Shown: piece by piece, positions 16,028 to 22,552 of the stretch
How the letters are laid out: every line of letters begins with the position of its first letter
Position numbering within the stretch: the first letter of the stretch is position 1
Assembly: GCA_038221045.1 (NCBI GenBank)
Contig: JBBRIK010000001.1
Span: 1-28,632, forward strand
DNA length: 28,632 bases
Direction of reading: 5' to 3'
Origin: Gemmatales bacterium
GTDB lineage: Bacteria > Planctomycetota > Planctomycetia > Gemmatales > Gemmataceae
The notes under the pieces: model-generated
The model's input: only the letters and a program-made list of their open reading frames with translations
Databases searched by the model: none
Told to the model about the DNA's origin: nothing
Made by a program: the position numbers and the translations under genes

Positions 16028-16765
16028 TTACCCACGGACCAACGCCGCAACCACGTCGGACCTCTTGTAGGTTTTCGATTTCGCGTGCGTGGCATCCTCC
16101 CGGACAGCCCACTCCTTCCCGGCAAAGTGGGAATCGATGAGCGCCTGAAAGATCTCGCACTCGGGTGTCGGTTCGATCGTCACCACGTCCCTGGACGGCA
16201 GGAAGGGATACGTTCGGGTATATCCTCTGACTTTGGCAAAGAAAGCATGGCCCTCGCGATTCTCCCCGCGTCTTTTCTCGGGTAGGAAGACGGGGCCTTC
16301 CCAGCCATCTTCGCCACTGCGCGAGGGCTCTCTCCTGGGCAGGGAAGGGTCGGCCTGCATCTCGGCCCGGAAAATGACCTTCTCATCTCTTCCGAGGCGG
16401 ATCGAAGACAGGGACGAAGCCGAGAGTTGAACGTCTCCGTAGTGGTAGGGCGTCGAGAAGAATACCCGCTCGCAAAAGGCAAAGAATCGGCACGAGTTAT
16501 ACGCACGAGCCAGGTAGGCGCCGGCTTGTCGAATGCCGTCTCCGTGCTGAGAGACAAGGACGGAGAAGCTCAGTTCCTTGAAGCGGATGCCTCGGAATTT
16601 CGCGTCGGCAGCGATCACCAGGAGTTGAGCCTTGCCGTCGCTCTCGGCGGGAACCATTTTCTCCTTCTGCAATCGGTCCTTCCAGAAGACGAGATCTGCA
16701 GTGCCAAGGAGCGAAACCTCTCGCACATGCTCCAGTTCGGCGACGTATTTGAGGGAAACGCTCAT
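16028..16765 (-). CDS. Hypothetical protein, possibly acetoacetate-decarboxylase/DUF2071-like fold, 245 aa
   Basis: Long non-shadow ORF with globular composition; FKELSFSVLV, GAYLARAY and ERVFFSTPYHYG loosely resemble ADC-like/DUF2071 motifs. ATG at 16765 chosen because the track extension runs through repeats. Confidence 0.55.
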   Translation of the reverse strand: MSVSLKYVAELEHVREVSLLGTADLVFWKDRLQKEKMVPAESDGKAQLLVIAADAKFRGIRFKELSFSVLVSQHGDGIRQAGAYLARAYNSCRFFAFCERVFFSTPYHYGDVQLSASSLSSIRLGRDEKVIFRAEMQADPSLPRREPSRSGEDGWEGPVFLPEKRRGENREGHAFFAKVRGYTRTYPFLPSRDVVTIEPTPECEIFQALIDSHFAGKEWAVREDATHAKSKTYKRSDVVAALVRG

Positions 16766-16842
16766 GATGCGGATGCTTGAGGTCAGAGAATATGCTTCCT
16801 TCAGCGCCACAATTCCGCAGCTCGTGGCCTCTTCTTGCAGGC

Positions 16843-16865
16843 GAGCCGCGACCGCAAGGGAACGG
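16843..16865. repeat. REP-like half element, family E
   Basis: GAGCCGCGACCGCAAGGGAACGG; the same AGCCGCGAC start occurs at 26091 in another intergenic region. Confidence 0.45.
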
Positions 16866-16884
16866 TTGGAAAAACGACTGAAAA

Positions 16885-16900
16885 GCCGCAAGCGGCAAGA
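16885..16900. repeat. Single family A half element
   Basis: GCCGCAAGCGGCAAGA, 2 nt from the M28 gene stop; identical 16-mer at 18779-18794. Confidence 0.8.
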
Positions 16901-16902
16901 CA

Positions 16903-18699
16903 TCAATCGAGCTTCACCTTCAACTTCAGTTCCTTCTCCTTGCGCATCACCTTGACCTCGATGGTGTCGCCCTTCTTCTGCTCGCGCATGAAGAGCATAT
17001 AGCCTTCGAGGTTCTTGATCTGCTTGCCGCCCATCTCGACGATGCGATCGCCTTCCTTCATGCCCGCCTTCTCGGCGGGATCGCCGTCGCTGACGCCCTC
17101 GACGACCACGCCCTCGGCGTCCTCCGAGTAACCGGGACGGATGCCCAGACGCACCGCTGGCCGAGGACCACCGCCCCCTCCGCCAGCAAGCTTGATGTAC
17201 TCGGGACGTTCCGCTGCCGTCGCCAGGCTGTTCGCCAGCTCCTCGACCAGATCGACAACCTTCTTCAGGCCGGCATAGTTAATCAGGTCCGGCTTATCGC
17301 TCGGCCGATGGTACTGCGCGTGATCGCCGGTGAAGAAGAAGTAGACCGGGATCTTCACGGCGTAGAAGGAACTGTGATCGCTCGGCCCGAAGCCGTTCGG
17401 CTTCTTCTGAAGCGTGAAGTCGTACCTCTTGTTGATGTCCTCGATCAGCTTGTCGAAGTTCTTGGCCGTCCCGGTGCCATGCACCTGAATGCGGTCCTTC
17501 ACCAGCCGGCCGACCATGTCGAGGTTGATCATCGCGACGGTGTCCGACAGCGGGAAAAGCGGGTTCTTGCAGTACTGAGCCGAGCCGAGCAAACCCAACT
17601 CCTCGCCGCTGAAGGTCATGAACACCAGCCGCCGGCCCTGACGTTCCGGCATCGCGCCAAAGCGACGCGCCAGTTCTATCACGCCACTGGAGCCGGAAGC
17701 GTTGTCGTCCGCCCCATAGTGAATCGCCATCTTCTTCAGGTTCGCCAGACTGCTCGAACCGCCGTAGCCGAGATGGTCGTAGTGGGCGCCGATGATAACG
17801 GTCTCGTTCGCCAACGGTCCCTTGCCTTCCAGAACGCCGATGACGTTCTTCAGCTCGATGCCGTCGCGCTTGACGCGAACCTCACAACTCGCCGTCCAGC
17901 CCTTGAGGGCAGCACTCAGCGGCTCCTTGTCCTTGTGGATGGCGGCTTCGAGGGTGGCCAGGTCCTTCATGTCGGCGGCGGCCAGCATCTTATCGACGAG
18001 GGCGCGCTTGACGTGATAGGCCGGCAGCTTGACGCCGACGCGCGCCGTGGCGTGGAAGTTGAAGTCGAGCAGATCGTCGCCGTCCTTCGCGGTCTCGGCG
18101 TCGTTGACGAACAGGATGGCGAGGGCGTCGCGCTTCTCGGCCTGGGTCATCTTCTCGATGAGGGAGGCGTGCTGCTGGCGCGCCCGGCGATCCTCAATGA
18201 ACTTCGGCGCATCGCGCAGGACGATCACGACCTTGCCGGCCACTTCGAGGTCTTTCCACTCGTTGTAGGTCTTGCTATCGACGCCGAAGCCGGCGAAAAC
18301 GACGCCAGCGTCTTTGACAGCGCCGTTAGAAGCTAGACCGAGAGCGTGGAACTCGGCGGCGGGCTTCGGCTCAAGCGTCTGGCTCTTGGACCCGGCGAAG
18401 CTGAGCGTTGCGGGCGCTGTCAGCCGCGAGCCGGGGATGCTGAATTGCTGGAAGTAACTGCCGCTCTTGGTGGCGGGCTTGAGGCCGGCCTTCTTGAACT
18501 CGCCGGCAATGAAGTCCGCTGCCTTGTCGATGCCCTTGGTCGTCGGCCCGCGTCCTTCGCACTCGTCAGAAGCGAGAAAGCCCAGGTCGTGCTTGATGCG
18601 TGCCTCGGATTCCTTGCCTTTGGTTTCAACGTCTTTTTCGGCAGCCCGAGCCGTCAACGCGGTGACAACGAGAACACCCCAGCACATCCACATCTTCAT
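16903..18699 (-). CDS. Exported M28-family zinc aminopeptidase with PA and PDZ domains, 598 aa
   Basis: Signal peptide; LASDECEGRG, IGAHYDHLG, GADDNASG, FSGEELGLLGS, NLDMVG, SDHSSF, YHRPSD; C-terminal PDZ (LGIRP..GVSDGDPAEKAGMKEGDRIV). -10 TACAAT at 18745-18740. Confidence 0.93.
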   Translation of the reverse strand: MKMWMCWGVLVVTALTARAAEKDVETKGKESEARIKHDLGFLASDECEGRGPTTKGIDKAADFIAGEFKKAGLKPATKSGSYFQQFSIPGSRLTAPATLSFAGSKSQTLEPKPAAEFHALGLASNGAVKDAGVVFAGFGVDSKTYNEWKDLEVAGKVVIVLRDAPKFIEDRRARQQHASLIEKMTQAEKRDALAILFVNDAETAKDGDDLLDFNFHATARVGVKLPAYHVKRALVDKMLAAADMKDLATLEAAIHKDKEPLSAALKGWTASCEVRVKRDGIELKNVIGVLEGKGPLANETVIIGAHYDHLGYGGSSSLANLKKMAIHYGADDNASGSSGVIELARRFGAMPERQGRRLVFMTFSGEELGLLGSAQYCKNPLFPLSDTVAMINLDMVGRLVKDRIQVHGTGTAKNFDKLIEDINKRYDFTLQKKPNGFGPSDHSSFYAVKIPVYFFFTGDHAQYHRPSDKPDLINYAGLKKVVDLVEELANSLATAAERPEYIKLAGGGGGGPRPAVRLGIRPGYSEDAEGVVVEGVSDGDPAEKAGMKEGDRIVEMGGKQIKNLEGYMLFMREQKKGDTIEVKVMRKEKELKLKVKLD

Positions 18700-18771
18700 T
18701 GCGAATATCCCCCGGTGAGCAATACAAACGCCAATGTCCATTGTAGAGCGCGAGCGATCGTCTACACCAGA

Positions 18772-18794
18772 GCGCTACGCCGCAAGCGGCAAGA
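18772..18794. repeat. Single family A half element
   Basis: GCGCTACGCCGCAAGCGGCAAGA upstream of the M28 gene. Confidence 0.8.
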
Positions 18795-18924
18795 TGGGGA
18801 GAGTCCTGACGGTTGGAGGGATTTTCGCGCCGGCGCGCAAGAGTCTCTTCCCCACGCCCGAATGACATGTTAGAGTGTGAGATGGATAGGAGAGTGAACT
18901 TCATCACTCGCTTCCGTGTCCAAT

Positions 18925-19012
18925 CACAACGGCAGGCAGCATCATTCACCACCCGAGAGTGCAACCCTCGGACGAGCGCGCCAGCGAGCTGGCCCGTCAG
19001 GAGGTTGTGCCG
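18925..19012 (+). ncRNA. Putative structured 5' leader of infC
   Basis: Extended -10 TGtTAGAGT at 18868-18876; basal stem CGGCA/TGCCG (18930-34 / 19008-12) encloses hairpins CCGAG..CTCGG (18953-71) and GACG..GCCAGC-GA-GCTGGC..CGTC (18971-98). Folded by eye only. Confidence 0.4.
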
Positions 19013-19035
19013 AATTAACTGAAGGAGACTGGGCT

Positions 19036-19557
19036 ATTCCCCCAGAGCGCAATCCGCAACAACGGATGAACGATCAGATCCGTATCAGTCCCGTTCGACT
19101 GATTGGTGCCAACGGTGAGCAACTCGGCGTCGTGCCGACGTCGCACGCTCTCAACCTGGCCCGTGAGGCCAATCTCGATCTCGTCGAGGTTGCGCCGCAG
19201 GAACGTCCCCCGGTCTGCAAGATCCTCGATTACGGCAAATTCAAGTATTCTCAGTCGCGCAAGACGACCAAGGTCAAGGTGCATCAGACCAAGGTCAAGG
19301 AGATTCGTGTCCGCCCCAAGACCGGCGACCACGACGTCGAGACGAAGATCAACCAGGCGAAGCGCTTCCTGGAACACAAGGACAAGGTGCTGGTCAACGT
19401 CCTGTTCCGTGGCTGCGAACTGCAGCATATCGACGAGGGCCGGCGGATCATCGTCATGATCCTCGAGAAACTCGCCGAGATGGCCAAGGTCGAACGCTCG
19501 CCGACGATGGAGGGTAAGCGGATGACCGCCATGCTCGCGCCCAAGGGTGGCGCCTGA
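19036..19557 (+). CDS. infC: Translation initiation factor IF-3, 173 aa, ATT start
   Basis: NDQIRISPVRLIG, LDLVEVAP, PPVCKILDYGKFKY, VKEIRVRP, FLEHKDKV, FRG; AAGGAG (19022-27) lies 8 nt before an in-frame ATT. Confidence 0.96.
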   Translation: MPPERNPQQRMNDQIRISPVRLIGANGEQLGVVPTSHALNLAREANLDLVEVAPQERPPVCKILDYGKFKYSQSRKTTKVKVHQTKVKEIRVRPKTGDHDVETKINQAKRFLEHKDKVLVNVLFRGCELQHIDEGRRIIVMILEKLAEMAKVERSPTMEGKRMTAMLAPKGGA

Positions 19558-19621
19558 TGGTCGATGGATTCCTCCTCTTTCCGCGCCGCCGGTGTCTTTC
19601 TACAATAGGGCTTCCGACCAG

Positions 19622-19656
19622 GACCCCCTGGCAGATCCGGGGGGGTCATTTCTTTT
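19622..19656 (+). terminator. Intrinsic-terminator-like hairpin between infC and rpmI
   Basis: GACCCCCTGG-CAGAT-CCGGGGGGGTC followed by ATTTCTTTT. Confidence 0.55.
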
Positions 19657-19696
19657 GTGAGAGCGACAAGGGCGTTGAAAGAAAGTGGGGCGAATC

Positions 19697-19894
19697 ATGC
19701 CCAAGATGAAGACGCACAAGGGATCTCGGAAACGATTCAAGATCACCGCCACCGGCAAACTGAAGCGCCAACAGGCCGGCAAGCGCCACTTGAACAGTCA
19801 CAAGACCGGCAAGCGGAAGCGCCACCTGCGCGAAGCGATCGTCGATGGCGGCAAACTGGCCAAGAAGTACGTCGCCGCCATGGGCGGAGCGTGA
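19697..19894 (+). CDS. rpmI: 50S ribosomal protein L35, 65 aa
   Basis: [32 protein letters not shown]; between infC and rplT. Confidence 0.97.
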   Translation: MPKMKTHKGSRKRFKITATGKLKRQQAGKRHLNSHKTGKRKRHLREAIVDGGKLAKKYVAAMGGA

Positions 19895-19901
19895 CCATTT
19901 T

Positions 19902-19946
19902 GCCGCTTGCGGCTTAGCGGATTGAGCCCGCCAAGCCGCAAGCGGC
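19902..19946. repeat. REPIN-like paired palindrome, family A, between rpmI and rplT
   Basis: GCCGCTTGCGGCTTAGCGG / CCGCCAAGCCGCAAGCGGC, 18 of 19 positions complementary. Confidence 0.9.
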
Positions 19947-19969
19947 GCTGACAGGGAGTATCACCACCC

Positions 19970-20347
19970 ATGACTCGCGCACGAAGCGGCAAGACCGTGC
20001 TGCGGAATCGCGCACGCATGCGGAAGCTGACGAAGGGCTTTCGCGCTGGCCGACACCATCTCTATCGTCAATCTGTCGTCACCCTGATGCGGGCGCAGGT
20101 TTACGCCTACCGCGATCGGCGGGCGCGCAAACGCGATTTCCGCCGCCTGTGGATCATTCGCATTAACGCCGCCTGCCGCAGCCGAGGCATGCGCTACAGC
20201 GAGTTGATCGCCGGACTCGAACGCGGACTCGTCGCCGTCAACCGCAAGATGCTCTCCGAGATCGCCATTCACGATCCCGAGACGTTTACCAAGATCGTCG
20301 AACTGGCGCGAGCGAGTTTGCCCACCCGGCAGACAGTGTCTGCTTGA
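19970..20347 (+). CDS. rplT: 50S ribosomal protein L20, 125 aa
   Basis: YAYRDRRARKRDFRRLWIIRINAA, YSELIAGL, NRKMLSEIAIHDP. Confidence 0.97.
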   Translation: MTRARSGKTVLRNRARMRKLTKGFRAGRHHLYRQSVVTLMRAQVYAYRDRRARKRDFRRLWIIRINAACRSRGMRYSELIAGLERGLVAVNRKMLSEIAIHDPETFTKIVELARASLPTRQTVSA

Positions 20348-20351
20348 GAGG

Positions 20352-20470
20352 TCGGGGATCGGGGATCGGGCATGGGGCATCGGGAAGAACCGATCAGGTT
20401 CTTTTCTTCCCGATGCCCGATGCCCGATGCCCCGATCCCCGATCCCCGATCCCCGATCCCCGAATCCCGA
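20352..20470. repeat. Inverted heptamer tandem repeats (STRR-like) between rplT and pheS
   Basis: Left arm (GGGGATC)n/(GGGCATC)n then GAAGAA; right arm TTCTT then (CCCGATG)x3 (CCCCGAT)x4 CCCCGAA; arms complementary. Confidence 0.9.
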
Positions 20471-20479
20471 CACAATCCC

Positions 20480-21502
20480 ATGTCCGATCTCGCATCTCTC
20501 GAACAAACAGCGATCCAGGAGTTGAACGCCTGCACCGACGAGGCGTCGCTCCGCGCCTGGCACACACGCTATTTCGGCAAGCAGGGCGAAGTGCTGCTGG
20601 CCCTCAAGGGCATCGGCGGCGTTCCGCAGGATCAACGCAAGACCTACGGCCAAGAAGCCAATCGCATCAAGACCGCTCTCGAACAGGCGTACGAACAGGC
20701 CCTGGCCCGTGAAAAGGATCGCGCGCTCGAAGCGAGCCTCAAGGCCGATCCACTTGACGTGTCGCTGCCGGGACGCCAGGTCCCGCGCGGCCGGCTACAT
20801 GTCGCCACGCAGGTTATGCGCAGGATCTGCGCCATCTTCGCCGATCTCGGCTTTCAGGTCTATCGAAGCCGGGAGGTCGAGGACGATCTCACGAACTTCG
20901 AGTTGCTCAACATGCCGCCGCACCACCCGGCGCGCGACATGTGGGACACCTTCCACACGACGGTCCCCGGCGTCCTGCTGCGGACGCACACCTCGCCGGG
21001 ACAGATCCACGTCATGCGCGAGCAGTGTCCGAAGCCGATCCGCGTCATCCTGCCCGGCATGGTCTATCGCTACGAGCAGGTGACGACGCGCAGCGAGATG
21101 ATGTTCCATCAGGTCGAGGGACTCGCGGTCGGCCACGATATCACGATGGCGGATCTCAAGGGTACGCTGCTGGCGTTCGCGCGCCGGCTGTTCGGTCAGG
21201 ATCGCCAGATTCGCATCCGTTCGAGCTACTTCCCCTTCACCGAGCCATCCATCGAGGTGGACGTGAGTTGGCCGGTCGTCGATGCGGAGAGCGAGCGTCT
21301 GACCAAGGGTACCGGCTGGCTGGAGATTCTCGGCGCGGGCATGGTGCATCCAGTAGTGCTGCGCAACGGCGGCTACGATCCCGCGACGTATAGTGGCTTC
21401 GCCTTCGGTCTTGGCCCGCAGCGAATGACGATGGTGATGCATGCCATCGACGACATTCGCCACTTCTGGGGCAATGACCTGCGCTTCCTGAGGCAATTCT
21501 GA
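20480..21502 (+). CDS. pheS: Phenylalanine--tRNA ligase alpha subunit, 340 aa
   Basis: NFELLNMPPHHPARDMWDTF, LLRTHTSPGQ, FHQVEGL, YFPFTEPS, WLEILGAGMVHP, GFAFGLG. Confidence 0.97.
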   Translation: MSDLASLEQTAIQELNACTDEASLRAWHTRYFGKQGEVLLALKGIGGVPQDQRKTYGQEANRIKTALEQAYEQALAREKDRALEASLKADPLDVSLPGRQVPRGRLHVATQVMRRICAIFADLGFQVYRSREVEDDLTNFELLNMPPHHPARDMWDTFHTTVPGVLLRTHTSPGQIHVMREQCPKPIRVILPGMVYRYEQVTTRSEMMFHQVEGLAVGHDITMADLKGTLLAFARRLFGQDRQIRIRSSYFPFTEPSIEVDVSWPVVDAESERLTKGTGWLEILGAGMVHPVVLRNGGYDPATYSGFAFGLGPQRMTMVMHAIDDIRHFWGNDLRFLRQF

Positions 21503-21523
21503 GGTTCTTCGAGGAGGGGGACC

Positions 21524-22153
21524 ATGACCCTGAGCGATCGGTTGCAAGGGGACGTCGGCTACGCGGATCTCGTCACGGGCACCGACGATCTTTTGCGCGG
21601 CGAACTCGCTACGGATGTAGCCGCCGACTGGGACCTCGTCTCTGACGACCGGGGGGCACCCTGGCTTCAACTGCGGTTGAGCGACAAGGCCGGGGACCGG
21701 AGTGAGGCCCTGATTCGTCCCGAAGAGATGAAATTTCCGGTCCGGCTCAAGCAGAAAGTCGGGACGCTGAGCAGCAACCTGAAGCGCATTCAGGAATGGA
21801 AATCCCTTCTGCGTTCCTTGTTCGATCAGGTCCGTCTCTGGTGCGAACAGAAAGCCCCCGACTTGCTTCTTTCCGAGCGCCCGTACCTGGTCAAGGAAGA
21901 GTTGTTTGGCCAGTACCCGGCCAGTGTTCTCCACGCCGACAGCGACAAGGGCCATGCGGAGTTGCGCCCCATCGGCGCACGAGTCGTCGGCGCCGAGGGG
22001 CGTGTTGACGTTGTCGGACCGGAACAGGATCATGTCCTCATCTACGACACTCACGACGGCGGCTGGAACTGGGTCGATCGCAGCCCTCTTGTCACCTTTC
22101 GTCCTCTGAATGCGGACCTGATGGTCAGCCTCATTCGGGATTGTCTGGGATGA
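21524..22153 (+). CDS. Hypothetical protein, 209 aa, inserted between pheS and pheT
   Basis: GAGGAGG before the ATG; globular composition; EW..LL..L..QV..W...EE..GQYPA..L...LRPIGARVVGAEGRVDV; ATGA overlap with the next gene. Confidence 0.8.
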   Translation: MTLSDRLQGDVGYADLVTGTDDLLRGELATDVAADWDLVSDDRGAPWLQLRLSDKAGDRSEALIRPEEMKFPVRLKQKVGTLSSNLKRIQEWKSLLRSLFDQVRLWCEQKAPDLLLSERPYLVKEELFGQYPASVLHADSDKGHAELRPIGARVVGAEGRVDVVGPEQDHVLIYDTHDGGWNWVDRSPLVTFRPLNADLMVSLIRDCLG

Positions 22154-22372
22154 CCAATCCGCTCGAGCCTGTGTGGCAGGCGTATTGCTTTACGCGCGAC
22201 TGCCTGCGCGTGACACGGCGAGTGGTGGACAAGGCCCTTGCCGGCGCGATTACCGAACGAAGTGGCCCACGGACACGTTCGGGGCACTCCTCCCCCTGCC
22301 TACGCGGACCCCGCCACCGCCTTCAAACGGCTGACGGAATTCCTTGTTGAGGCCGGTTTGATCGGCCCCTGA
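22150..22372 (+). pseudogene. Decayed HEPN-motif gene (internal deletion plus frameshift)
   Basis: Frame 1: MTNPLEPVWQAYCFTRDCLRVTRRVVDKALAG. At 22248 GAT TAC CGA A^C GAA GTG GCC CAC GGA reads DYRNEVAHG (Rx4H) if one A is restored; the shifted frame continues ...PPPAYADPATAFKRLTEFLVEAGLIGP* (TGA 22370-72). Confidence 0.6.
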
Positions 22373-22515
22373 AAGCCTTGATCGGCACGAGCGATGATTC
22401 GTTCCCAGGTTCGCCGCCCCTTGTAGGGCAGGCACAACCTCACCTACAACGAAGAAGAGCTATCGCAAAGCCGTTTTCAGCGTTTCCACCCAATCGGGCA
22501 AATGAGGGTCGAGGA

Positions 22516-22550
22516 CTGAAAGCTGACAACTGAAAGCTGAGAGCTAAACA
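22516..22550. repeat. Heptamer tandem repeat just before pheT
   Basis: CTGAAAG CTGACAA CTGAAAG CTGAGAG CTAAACA; a degenerate complementary arm (AGCTATC..TTTTCAGC) lies at ~22458-22481. Confidence 0.75.
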
Positions 22551-22552
22551 TC

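Noticed and set aside
19001-19011. 11-nt reverse-complement match between the infC leader and 22431-22441
   Set aside because: Matches of this length are expected many times by chance in 28 kb.
18916-19035. 40-aa N-terminal extension of IF-3 in the ORF track
   Set aside because: Not IF-3-like; the RBS and ATT at 19036 explain the start, and the region folds as a leader.
7145-19946. Family A repeats as a CRISPR array
   Set aside because: Copies are kilobases apart in intergenic gaps, with no regular spacers and no cas genes.
20372-20479. N-terminal extension of PheS (MGHREE...MPDAPIPDPRSPIP)
   Set aside because: It is the translation of the heptamer repeat; PheS homology starts at ATG 20480.
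20348-20479. pheM-type Phe-rich leader peptide attenuator
   Set aside because: No short ORF with clustered Phe codons and no terminator/antiterminator pair.
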